NCBI GenBank assembly: GCA_964016885.1
Contig: OZ024758.1
Span: forward strand, 25,110,001-25,174,000
Length of the DNA: 64,000 bases
Direction: 5' to 3'
From: Eledone cirrhosa
Taxonomy: Eukaryota
A program made the translations under genes and the position numbers. The notes under the pieces are model-generated. The model was not told where the DNA came from. It did no database searches and saw nothing but the letters and a program-made list of their open reading frames with translations. Positions within the stretch are counted from its first letter, which is position 1; each line of letters starts with the position of its first letter. Shown piece by piece: positions 52,319 through 64,000 of the stretch.

Positions 52319-53224
52319 CTAAGGATGTTAAAATATATATTGCTTTATATAAAAAAGTATATAAATGAATGGATGTATATTTAGAAAGCAGCAAACGAAG
52401 TTTGGAAATAGAAATATAATTCTTTGCTGTAATATTTCCCGAAATAACTCTTAATAACAGAGTATATAAACCTAGTGAACAGAAAAAGAAATTTTCTAAA
52501 CATACTTCCTTTATTTAAATATCGCTATTAACTTATAGTCCTTTAAAAATAATGGAAAAGGCTGGGTGAGTTCATTGGTGTAATGGTAGCGTACTTGTGA
52601 AGGCGCGTGACTTTGTGGTTAGGGTATTCGGTTCACAATCGCAAGGTCGTGAGTTCAATTTCCGGCAGAGTGCTGTGTCCTTGAGCAAGACACTTTATTT
52701 CACATTGCTCCAGTTCAATCAGCTGGCAAAAATGAGTTGTACCTGTAATTTGAAGGGTCACCTTTGTCACATTTTGTGTCATGCCAAAACTCCCTGAGAA
52801 CTATGCTAAAGGTACGCATGTATGTTTGTGGAATGCTCAGCCATTTGCACGTTAATTTCCCGAGCAAACTGTTCCATTAATCGTATCAATTGGAACACTC
52901 ATCGTCATAAATGATGGAGTGCCCTCAGTGTACTCATCCGGCAAATGAGAGGTATAGGTTCAACTCCATGCTGATACCCCTCGGTTTTCTATTCAGTGGG
53001 TTCAAGAGTCCCATGATTAAGACTATGTTATTTAGAAACATATTTCTATTTCAATATAAATGAATATTTGGGTAAATTATAATGATATCAACTAGTCCTT
53101 AATTATTCACCTACAAAATAATTTTTGTACATATTCAGTGCATCAGTGTGTTTTATAAAACATACACCAACAAAATTCTGGTTAAAATGGATTCTATATC
53201 AAGAAAGATATATTTACTGAAGCT

Positions 53225-53545
53225 CATGGCTTAGTGGTTAGAGCATTGGCCTTGCAATCAAAAGGTTGTGAGTTCAATTCTCAGACCGGGTGATGTGTTG
53301 TTTCCTTGAGCAAGACACTTTATTTCACATTGCTCCAGTTTACTCAGCTGTAGAAATGAGATGATAAGGACTGGGGTCCCTATCATTCCACTGCAAAGTG
53401 GTTGTGGAGGTGCCACGGCAAAAAAGCACCCAGCACTCACTGTAAATGAGGTTGGTGTTAGGAAGGGCATCCAGCTGTAGAAATCAAGCCAGAATCAGTT
53501 CCCGTCCCACCCTTGCAAGCAGGGAAAAAGCGGACGTAAAATGAA

Positions 53546-53580
<35 letters not shown>
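53225..53580 (+). mobile_element. CORE-SINE family 1, near full length
   Basis: A and B boxes, CORE, RTE-shared tail GGTTGGTGTTAGGAAGGGCATCCAGCTGTAGAAA...GGACGTAAAA(TGA)n. Confidence 0.9.
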
Positions 53581-53869
53581 AAGACATTTAAAAGATACAT
53601 TCAACAGTTATTAGCCTAAGATAACCAACTTCAACTATCAATGGTTAAAAAATAATTCCTAAATATCAGATATTAATTAGTGAGATTAAAATTAATAGGT
53701 CCATATTCAAATTGATGATTGATAAACTTTTTATTTGACAACTCTGAAAAAATCTAAGTAAGATTTTAAAAGCATTACATTAGACAAGGTGATAACTGGA
53801 ATTAGAAAGCTCTAATGCATCTGTATTTTTTAAAAGTAATTTCACTTTTTGTGGCTTCACAATACTAAC

Positions 53870-53998
53870 CTCATTTGGAGATACAGGCTCAGCAAAAATG
53901 TTTCCCACATCTTTCTCTTGAATTTGATCTAAAGCATGTCTTAAGAAAATAACAAAAGGCTGCAACTGCATTTCTGTGGCTAATTGATGTACTCTTAT
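53870..53998 (-). CDS. BRPF1: BRPF1-family exon B, start of bromodomain (helix Z, ZA loop)
   Basis: tttcctttccag|ATA...AATGAG|gttagt; 129 nt, phase 0-0; [43 protein letters not shown]. Confidence 0.95.
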
Positions 53999-54274
53999 CT
54001 GGAAAGGAAAATAGATACCATGAAGTTCTCTACACTTTTTGTCTTAAATAATAATAAAAAACAAAAGTGGCAAATATAATTTTTTTTTAATGGCATTGAA
54101 ATTTATTACAATAAAAATGTCTTGAATAAAACTAGTCAAAACATAATAAAAAAAATATATTTTCAAATAGTGTGCATGTGTGCTGTATACCAAAGATTCT
54201 CTTCCCCGGGTATTCCAGATTAGAACAAGGTTTTATATCTCATTAATTTACTTTCTTTATAACTACAACATATA

Positions 54275-54676
54275 TACAGTGAAATTTCGGTTCATGAATG
54301 CCTTTTATCATGGACAAATCAGTTCAATAACAATTGTTCTTAACATAAAATGTCTTCGTTTATGAATGGTGTTTCAAGTAACAAATAACACAACTGGCAA
54401 CAAAGGTTGGCAACAAACTGGGAATATCAGCAGGAAAGCGTGTCACTTGCTGTGTAGTTAGTTACTATGGTGATATCTATCTGTCTTTCACACACAGTCT
54501 CTCTCTCACTGTATTTCTCTCTCAAACATTTTGTGTGGGAAAAATAGTTTCAGTTTAACCCATGCTAGCGTGGAAAGTGGACGTTAAACGAAGATGATGA
54601 TGATGATGATGAAACATTTCAAATGACAAACAGCCTTCACAAACGAATTAAGTTTGAGAACCAAGGTTCTACTGTA
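54275..54676. mobile_element. Decayed Tigger/pogo-like MITE with a nested RTE tail fragment
   Basis: TA-CAGTGAAATTTCGGTTC ... GAACCAAGGTTCTACTG-TA degenerate TIRs. Confidence 0.5.
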
Positions 54677-55054
54677 TAATGTGGTAGGAAATTGAAAATT
54701 TGTACTTTGATCAAACATAAATAAAAGCAAAACTAGTCAGGTGAACTTCTTTTTCTGGCTAGACAATGAAAAACATGGTTTAACCAGTGTCTACTTTTCA
54801 CAGCTCGGCTAAAAGTGCTTACAAAACCATACATTCATAAGTTTACCTGACATCTCTATTTATTATAGAATGAACCAATAACCCGTTCAAATGACCAATA
54901 ATTGTTCTGATTCTTCATTATTGTTATTGTTGGATCATACATTTTACAACTGGTTGCACAAATATTGACTACAAAAATAAACAGGAGTGGTTCCTCTCCT
55001 TGGACTAAATTAAAAGAACTGTTTCTTGTCTTTAACCTTTTCAGTGCCATAGAT

Positions 55055-55303
55055 GAGATAACCCATTCTAACATGTATGCATTCCAGTGCCACGGACAAG
55101 ATAACTCATCCTAACATGCATGCATTCCAGTGACACGGACAAGATAACTCGTGCTAACATGTTTGAACTCGTTTCCAACAGTTCATAACTTCAAAGTTAT
55201 GAACTCGTTTCCAACAGTTCATAACTTCAAAGATATGAACTCGTTTCCAACAGTTCATAACTTCAAAGTTATGAACTCGTTTCCAACAGTTCATGACTTC
55301 AAA
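55055..55303. repeat. Adjacent 43-bp (2-3x) and 36-bp (4x) tandem repeats
   Basis: CTAACATG.ATGCATTCCAGTG.CACGGACAAGATAACTC; TGAACTCGTTTCCAACAGTTCATAACTTCAAAG. Confidence 0.9.
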
Positions 55304-55670
55304 GCTAGATGGGCTTAATAGTTTATTGATGTGACATTTGTCAATCATTCAGATATGTGTTGTTAATAAATGCTTGTTTAAAAAAAATAGTCATTTTACT
55401 GAAAGAAAAAAAAACAGCAGAGCAACTGTAGCTGTATAAAATATACACGGCAGTCAACAGGTTAAGTTTGTAATAAGCATATGGTCAGTTATTCTGCACA
55501 TCACTTTACCCTATATTTGAAAATAGAATTTCCTGTTGTTGTTATTGCTTTCATAAACTTTCCTGAATTATCTTCGAGGTTCACATTACAAAGGCAGTGA
55601 ACTGTATTCATTTCCTTTTTGTGTGTAAACTGTACAATCGTCTGCTTTTCACGCTAACATTCACTGCTAA

Positions 55671-56004
55671 ACAATCCTATACTGCCTATTTTGATACATA
55701 CGCACATACATACATACACACACAATCCTATACTGCCTATTCTGATACATACGCACATACATACATACGTACATACATACATCCATACACAATCCTATAC
55801 TGCTAATTTTGATACACGCACACACATACACACAATCCTATACTGCTAATTTTGATACATACATACATACATACATACACACAATCCTATACTGCCTATT
55901 TTGATACATACGCACATACATACATACATACATACACACACAATCCTATACTGCCTATTCTGATACATACGCACATACATACATACATACATACATACAT
56001 ACAT

Positions 56005-56039
<35 letters not shown>

Positions 56040-56141
56040 ATCCTATACTGCTAATTTTGATACACGCACACACACACACACACACGCACAATCCAATACT
56101 GCTAATTTTGATACATATGTATACACACATACACACACACA
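55671..56141. repeat. Minisatellite: constant about 28-bp block separated by variable (CATA)n/(CA)n spacers, 8 units
   Basis: ACAATCCTATACTGC(CT/TA)ATTTTGATAC repeated. Confidence 0.9.
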
Positions 56142-56320
56142 TTATCAAAAATATTCTCTGAAGTTCTAACTAGTAGAAACACTATACACAGCAGAAAGGA
56201 ATTTAACTAATCAGATAATTTCAGTAAACAACATTTACAAGCTCAAAACTATCCAGACTCGACTAGCCTTAGTGCATTTAAATGCTTTCTGAGCATTTTA
56301 ATGTCTTCAATATATATATA

Positions 56321-56642
56321 TACAGGGTGTCCAAAAAAATGTATGCACACTTCAACAGCATTCTAATACGGGTGATGTGTTGGTGTAATGGTAGCACAGT
56401 GGTCTGGATAACTAAAGATGTGGGTTTGACTCCCATGTACGTCAATACTCATCTTTTTTCCATTTCTTAGAGGGTTCTAAACCCCATTATCAGGCTAAAA
56501 TTTCTTTAGTCAAAAATACAGCAAAAACCTTCTATTTCTAATTCCAAACTCACTCACTGTTTTAAAACACATTTACTTATTCTAATAAACATTGCCTGTA
56601 CAGGTAATCAAAGTGTGTATACATTTTTGGAGACACCCTGTA
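56321..56642. mobile_element. Tc1/mariner-type MITE containing a decayed tRNA-like segment
   Basis: TA-CAGGGTGTCCAAAAAAATGTAT ... ATACATTTTTGGAGACACCCTG-TA. Confidence 0.8.
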
Positions 56643-57203
56643 TATGTTTATCCTGATGAATGTAAAGTGGTCTCATATTTAGTTTAAGATGTTAATAAAA
56701 TCAAGTTTGATGGAAAAATGAAATATAAGCTTCTAAGTACAAGTATCGTGGTATGCTGCTAATATTAGATCCATCATGAATCATCATGTCAGTTCTACTT
56801 AAGACTTCATGTCTTTACATGAAACTACAAATAACACAAAAACATCCTATTATACGTTATCACAAGTGTCACAATGATCACACTCGATTATCTTAACAAA
56901 ACAGAAAACAATACATTGGATGATGTTGTGTTGTATGAGATAGTTAATACAGTAGGTGCCAGAAAACATTGCTTCATAAAAGACCTGATGAGTATGAAGC
57001 CTTTCATGGAGGCCTCTTTTGAGAGGGAAGGGTGGCTTTAAAATGTTAGCTGCATTGAACAAAATGCAAGTAAAATTATATATTATCCTTAAATATATTT
57101 CTTTCTTGCTATGTTCTTAATAGTAATATACTATATAGTATTATGCCTAAATATAATTTTGTATAAATAATGCTCTGCAAAATATGAATTGTAGTCTGTA
57201 TTA

Positions 57204-57423
57204 TTAACCCTTTAGCATTTAAACCTACCATATCTGGCCAGAATTCTCTCACCTCTCTCTGTTCAAACCAGCCGCTCATACTGATGTTAAGGTATTGTTC
57301 TCAAAATAAATAATATCAAAATCTTATAGATTTAATATTAAGTGAGATATATTATGTGAGGTAAAGCCTTTACCATGAAAATATAATAGTATATATAGAG
57401 TAATGTAAATACTAAAGGGTTAA
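57204..57423. mobile_element. piggyBac-type MITE family A
   Basis: TTAACCCTTTAGCATTT...ACTAAAGGGTTAA. Confidence 0.9.
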
Positions 57424-58229
57424 GCATATTTGAACTGGTATAATATGATTGAAATAACTTTTACTTTAATCCACTTATTTATATATATAATTTCATTTTG
57501 ATGTTTCATAAGACATTTTTATGAATTCTAAAGTTTGAGCTATTTTCATATATAGTTATTTACATTTATAATTTACCTGCTTTAAGTTAAATCTCCACTT
57601 ACTGTAGTGAAATCCCAGAAGAACACTATTAGAATAATATACTGAGCCATAACAATATTACAACTTATGTAGAAATTTGTAGGACTTAATTTTTTTTTTT
57701 AAATCATAAAAACCTTACAAAGCCATCATTTGCTTCACACTTAATTTTTCAAGCCTTTTCTAAATGTTAACAACAAAAAAATATACTACAATGTTCTATT
57801 TTATACTAGAATAATATACTGAGCTACAGTGTTACCAATGATGTGGAAATTTGTAAGGTTTAATAAAAATAAATAATTGTACTTTTGGCACAAGGCCAGC
57901 AATTAACCCAGTGTATCACTGGTGATTTATTTTATGGAGCCCATAAGGATGAAAGGCAAAGTTAATCTTGGCAGGATTTGAACTCAGAACGTAAAGAGCC
58001 ATAACTCTATGCTGCAAAGCATGGTGTCTGACACTCTACATATACTGCCAATCTGATAAATAATAAAAATCATCATTTGCTTCACACTTCTTTTTAAGCT
58101 TTTTCTAAATTTTAACAGAAATCTTTTAAAAAATCATAAAAACCCTTACAAAACCATTATTTGTTTCACAGATTTTGTCCCTCAATTTTTTTCAATTTTA
58201 ATTTTAACAACAGAAAAAAAATACACTAC

Positions 58230-58361
58230 CTGTTCTCTTTTCAGCTTTTCTCGTTTTCTAATGAGTTCCACCAGCAGACGAGCTTTCTCAAGATCCTGCC
58301 GAAGCCTCTGCCAATATTTCAGCTGTGCCCGTAGAGCATTGCTTTGCTTATCATTCTTTGT
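58230..58361 (-). CDS. BRPF1: BRPF1/BRD1 (peregrin) family exon A (first exon in window), coiled coil upstream of the bromodomain
   Basis: ttgcag|ACA...GAACAG|gtagtg; 132 nt, phase 0-0; [44 protein letters not shown] matches the conserved BRPF motif [27 protein letters not shown]. Confidence 0.95.
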
Positions 58362-59519
58362 CTGCAACACAAATTGAATAAAAGATATATAAATGAAGAA
58401 ATCTAAATTAAAACTAGGGGGAGAGATAAACTTAGTATACCGATCAGTATCTTAGTAGCTAGATAATTATTGTAGTACTGACTTGTTTTTATCTAAAAGG
58501 AAAATATCTCAAAATTTCCCTGTAGTAAAAAAAAAAAAAGTTTTCTTTAAATTTGAAACTTCTAGAAGACATATTCAAATGACAATTAACAGAGAATTAA
58601 ATTCAGTAAACTGAACCTCCACAGGTTAATATAAGGAATCTAACCATGAAAGATAAGTTAAATCACAGAGCATAATGCCAAAAAATAGTTTTCTTAATCT
58701 ACCAGAGGATTACAGGCACAAGTATCATGGTATGTAGATGATGAATAAGTTTCACCCTGGATAGGACATTACATAATTATCTCAGATATTTCCAAACTAT
58801 CTGGTACTTATGCCTAACAGCTATATGAACTGTGTCTCCTTAAGTACAGTGCTCAAATGCAGAAAAAAATGCTGGCAGTATATCATCATCATCATCATCA
58901 TTGTTTAACGTCCATTTTCCACGCTAGCATAGGTTAGATGGGTTGTCCTATTAGAGGCAAATTTGGTCAGGTGACCGAGTCTTCTTCATATAGAACTCTG
59001 TTTCTGGCTAGATTTCTACCGTTGGATGCTTTTCCTAAAGCCAACCACAGTTACAGTGTGTGCTGGGTTCTTTTTGTCGTGACTCCTATCTGTATATATA
59101 AACTATAACATCTATATCCATACTTCAGACAACCATTTTACTTCTACAGAATGTCATAAGTTGGGATTCTTAGCTCATAAAGAAAATCAGAAAATATATA
59201 ACAAAAATCATTTTATTTAGAACTGTTTTTTTACATGTAGATTTCTAAAAATTATCTAAATTCAAATTTGGCTACATATTTAGCAAATCATTTCATTTCT
59301 TTTCAGATTTTTAGGCAGTATGCACCAAAAGCAATATGCACCAAAATTGTTCATTCTATTTTAAAGCTGGCCCTAACCTTTAAACTGCTTCAGATCCTAA
59401 TAGATGGATTACATTGGAAAAAATATCTATTTTCGCCTGTAAATTTATATCATCTTTCTAGCACATATCATTCAATATATAAATTGTACATCAAGAACAT
59501 TACTTGAACTTGAAATAAG

Positions 59520-59763
59520 AATTACTGGAGAAAATGTTAAATATAAATGTAGGAAATCCCAGAAGATGGAAGCTGCAGTAGAGATAAACCAAAAAAGACC
59601 CGCACAGATGTGGTAAGAGCTGACCCAAAATTGCTGAGACTCACAGAGGAGATGAAGGAAAGCAGCGAGTAGAGAGAAGCTGGGCTGAGAAGGACCCATC
59701 TAACCCATGCGAACATGAAAAAACAGACGTTAAAATGATGATGATGATGATGATGATAATGAT
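59520..59763 (+). mobile_element. Old RTE-type LINE 3' remnant (similar remnants near 24040-24230 and 58883-59085)
   Basis: AACCCATGC...AGACGTTAAAA(TGA)n tail. Confidence 0.6.
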
Positions 59764-61576
59764 AAAAGGATAAAATACGTAAAACATTTCATTGATGAAC
59801 TTTGCTTGTTTAGTAAATAAGGAAAAATACAATTGTACAATTTTATTTATGGAATATATTGTGTAAATACAGTTTAATAGAAAAATAAAAAAATAAAATT
59901 TAGATTGAGAAAAATGGAATGTAAAATAGGAGAATATAAAGAGGGAAAAGGGAGGGAATGGTAAGGACTCTAGTGTCACGGAAGAGGTGGGGATAGGGGG
60001 GACATTTTGGCTATGGGTCTAGAGTGTGGTGGTAATGGGGCTGCGCCTCGCGGACAAGAGCATTAAAGTATTCCCACGGACAATGGCCAGTGACACCCAC
60101 TGCAACAGCCATCCTACGTCGTGGGGCTCCATTCTCAGACGGGTCACCGACGTTCCAATCTTGTGGAGAAGCTCGACTGTAAAACAACACTAAGGTCAAC
60201 ATAGTATGGAAACTAAAGAAGCTGAAGAAATATGGAAATTGAAGGGGACTTTTCTGACTATTATAACAGATGGTTTTGTTGACCATAGAGAGACTAGTGT
60301 CAAGGATAACTGTAAGTAATTTATTTAAAAAAAAAAAAAACAGGCTTATTTATTATTGCAAAGCTTTGATAGAGGCTGAGGATGGCCTAACTGTTTCTCT
60401 AAACATATGTGATGGCAGAATACTGAAACAAGTCAAGCAGTAAATAGGAGAGACAGAAAATGGGAGGATTAAAAAAGGAAGAAAGGTGTCGTGGCACAGA
60501 AAATTACTTAAGATACAAAGTGAAAGGCTAAAAACAGGTATTCCTTGTAAGGATAATGACACAGTAAATATGTGTTCTAAATATGTAAGGGAGGACGAAA
60601 ATAAGGTATCAGAAGTAATTAGAGTAGAAAAACAGATGGCAGAAGCAAATGAAAACACCACAGGGGAAATTTATATGCACAAACATACATCTAGACATAG
60701 CGACAATAGGACAGAGATCCATTTAAGTATTCTAGGAAATTATTAACTAGATATATTAAATACTAAGAGCAGTTGTGAGACAGTCAGATAAATGCCTTGT
60801 GATATTTGTTCCAGCTTTCTCTCTCATATCTCCTCTCTTTCTCTCTCTCCCTCCCTCCCTCTTTCATACCTCGTATTTCTTTCTCGTACCTCCTCTCTCT
60901 TTATCTGTCCTACCTCCTCTCTTTCTCCCTCGCCTCTCTTGCACCTCCTCTCTTTTTCTCTCTCTCTCTCTCTCTCTCTCATACTTCCTCTCCTCTCTTT
61001 CTCTGTCTCATACCTCCTCCCTCACTTTCTCTCTCTAACCTCCTCTCTTACCGCCCCACCCCCTCAAACACACAGACAGAAATATGTATGTCATGTTTAG
61101 AGAAACTGTTGGGTATAATTGATACTGCTGTTATTGTCATAAGTGCTTGTCATTAGACAACGTTTGACAAAATTGTTGTATACTGTGGCAAGACTGTATA
61201 TAATAAACATTTGACAACAATGTATAGTTTAAAACTGTCTACATTTAATAAAATTCTAGACAGCAGGTCATCAGCACTAGCAGCAATCATCATCATCATA
61301 ATTCAACAGTTGATTGACTTTCGTCAAATCGGACCGAGGAAACAATGCTTCCATTGGTCTTTCCAATTGTTAATACTATCTATCGGTCGCAACTCTAGGG
61401 TAGAAGGAGCAATGTGAAATAAAGTGTCTTGCTCAAGGACATAACACATCATCCAGTCCAGGAATCGAACTCATAACCTCACAATTGCGAATCCATTTTC
61501 AATGCTGGCATGGGTCGAGATGAGACTTTTTGAAGCAGGTTTTCTATGGCTAGATACCTTTCCTGATGCCAACCCT

Positions 61577-61800
61577 TTAACCCCTTAGCATTCAAACTTC
61601 CCATATCCAGCTAAAATTCTCTCACCTCTTTCTGTTCAAACTGGCCGTAACCGGCTACTCATAATTATGTTAAGGTATTATTCTCAAAATAAATAACATC
61701 AAAATCTCATAGATTCGATATTATGTGAGATAATTATGTGAGGTATTTACTGTTTAAATGCAATAGTAAATATAGAGTAATGTAAATGCTAAAGGGTTAA
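61577..61800. mobile_element. piggyBac-type MITE family A
   Basis: TTAACCCCTTAGCATT...AAATGCTAAAGGGTTAA. Confidence 0.9.
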
Positions 61801-62358
61801 GTAAGATATACCAAGTGAATGTTCATCAAATTATGAAGGATGGCTGAAAAATTCACATGCTGTCTATGAAGGAGTGATGCTAGAGCTGTCAAATCTTGCA
61901 TGTATTAATTTCAATTCTTATTATTACCAATAATATCGGACGACATGCTTTGCAGCACAGTTACGTCCTTTTACGGACTGAGTTAAAATCCCGTCGAGGT
62001 TAACTTTGCCTTTCATCCTGACTGAGTCGATAAAATAAAGTACCAGTAATACACTGGAATAATTGCTGGCCTTGTGCCAAAAGTAGAAACAATTATTATC
62101 AATAACTGCATTGTTGCTTTCCAGGGACCATGTTGAAAAATAAACCTCATTTGGTTATTCCATGAGAGTATCTTGATCAGCCTTTGAACTTTTCAGTCGT
62201 AAAACACTGCCTCAAAAAATCCCAGCTAACCCATGCCAGCAGTATGATGATGATGATGATGAACATATATGGTAGAAACACGGAGTCCACAGGTTGAGCA
62301 GAAAGTAGAATGTTACTTTGTTACTTAAATGAAATTCCATTTTGATTACAGCAATGTA

Positions 62359-63223
62359 TTAACTCTTTAGCATTCACATTACTCTATATATACTATTATA
62401 TTTTAATGGTAAAGGCTTTACCTCACATAATTATCTCACATAACATTCACATTACTCTATATATACTATTATATTTTAATGGTAAAGGCTTTACCTCACA
62501 TAATTATCTCACATAACATTCACATTACTCTATATATACTATTATATTTTCATGGTAAAGGCTTTACCTCACATAATATCTCACATAACATTCACATTAC
62601 TCTATATATACTATTATATTTTAATGGTAAAGGCTTTACCTCACATAATTATCTCACATAACATTCACATTACTCTATATATACTATTATATTTTAATGG
62701 TAAAGGCTTTACCTCACATAATTATCTCACATAACATTCACATTACTCTATATATACTATTATATTTTCATGGTAAAGGCTTTACCTCACATAATATCTC
62801 ACATAACATTCACATTACTCTATATATACTATTATATTTTAATGGTAAAGGCTTTACCTCACATAATTATCTCACATAACATTCACATTACTCTATATAT
62901 ACTATTATATTTTCATGGTAAAGGCTTTACCTCACATAATATCTCACATAACATTCACATTACTCTATATATACTATTATATTTTAATGGTAAAGGCTTT
63001 ACCTCACATAACATTGACATTACTCTATATATACTATTATATTTTCATGGTAAAGGCTTTACCTCACATAATACCTCACATAATATCGAATCTATGAGAT
63101 TTTGAAAGTATTTATTTTGAGAATACCTTAACATCAGTTTGAGTGGCCAGTTACAGCCAGTTTCAACAGAAAGAGGTAGAGAATTCTGGCTGGTTTTGGC
63201 CGGTTTGAACACTAAAGAGTTAA
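62359..63223. mobile_element. Family A2 MITE with internal 72/73-bp tandem array, about 10 units
   Basis: TTAACTCTTTAGCATTCACATT ... CACTAAAGAGTTAA; alternating TTTAATGG/TTTCATGG variants give a 218-bp (73+73+72) super-period. Confidence 0.95.
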
Positions 63224-64000
63224 AACAAGTTTTAGAGGAACAGAGAGAGAGAGAGAGAGAGAGAGAGGGGTGTTGGCTGGTTGTTGACAGGTGTGCTAGT
63301 GACCCCATAAATATTGTAATATATAAAAGCCTGTAACTGTGTATGAGGAGAGAGGAGCTGTTAAAAATGAAAAACAGGAAGGATGATAGGGTGGGGGGAG
63401 AGAGAGTGAGAGGGGAAAAGATGGACTGTGAGGAGTAGCAAGAGTGAGCCATCAATGTGGAGAAGGAGAATGAAGAGGGTGACTCCAAAACATACATACA
63501 TATACGCGTACATAGATACATAGATACATACATCCATACATACACTGCTGGGTGGATGAGGATAAGATAACGAAGGATGATGTCACTGCTAGTGTGTGGT
63601 GGGAACAGATGCTGCCTCAGAAAGAAGAGAAAGATGCTGAAGCTTATGAGAGATAGCAGAGATAGATGTAGAGCACACCATATCAAAAGATTAATTAGAA
63701 AGTACAGCATGTATCACGTGATTAACAGAAAAATAAGAAAATACTTTTATACTAGGTTTTACTTATGATTAGCTAACAAATGGTGGAAATAGTACAAATT
63801 CACTAAAGTAAATTTGCAGTAGTTTAGTACATATAAACTTTGGATAGACTGGTAGAACTACAATACATATACAAGATAATACAGAAGTACAAACACTTAA
63901 AACAAAATGCATGTTTTAACCCTTTAGTTACCAACCCAGCCAAAACTGGCTCTGGTTCTATGAAATAAAATTACTCATTTTAAAGGTTTCTAATTTAACC

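Noticed and set aside
53225-53290. SINE heads as functional tRNA genes
   Set aside because: A and B boxes are present but run directly into CORE and LINE-derived tail, with no proper acceptor stem or terminator
55671-56141. Repeat-spacer pattern resembling a CRISPR array
   Set aside because: Spacers are only (CATA)n/(CA)n microsatellite, context is a eukaryotic intron, and there are no cas genes
58362-64000. Additional upstream BRPF1 exons (PHD/zinc-knuckle region) and ORFs at 60011-60746 and 63045-63710
   Set aside because: No BRPF-like peptide recognised; these ORFs are low-complexity or decayed repeat sequence. A short divergent exon cannot be excluded without cDNA

Overview
Eukaryotic, AT-rich and repeat-dominated DNA. 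The repeat landscape (CORE-type tRNA-SINEs, RTE LINEs with (GAT)n tails, long (TA)n/(CATA)n tracts) suggests an octopus or other coleoid mollusc; that is an inference. The window lies inside one large minus-strand gene, a BRPF1/BRD1 (peregrin/Br140) family chromatin reader. Six coding exons (802 bp, about 1.3% of the window) join with GT-AG sites and consistent phase, and encode the coiled coil before the bromodomain, the bromodomain and the helices after it. Both gene ends lie outside the window. The introns hold a 9-kb 22-bp satellite with nested higher-order duplications and about 21 copies of a TTAA/CCCTTT piggyBac-type MITE. Three MITE copies have independently expanded one 72-73-bp internal segment into tandem arrays, and several form palindromic dimers. 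Also present: a 5'-truncated RTE LINE (RT plus PHD finger) with a 1.3-kb inverted duplicate, two tandem Tx1/L1-type insertions at TATC sites, head-to-head SINE pairs, and a perfect 120-bp palindrome carrying a minimal hammerhead-ribozyme motif on both strands. Most long ORFs in the supplied track are repeat artefacts. No prokaryotic-type system, CRISPR array, rRNA or true tRNA gene is supported.
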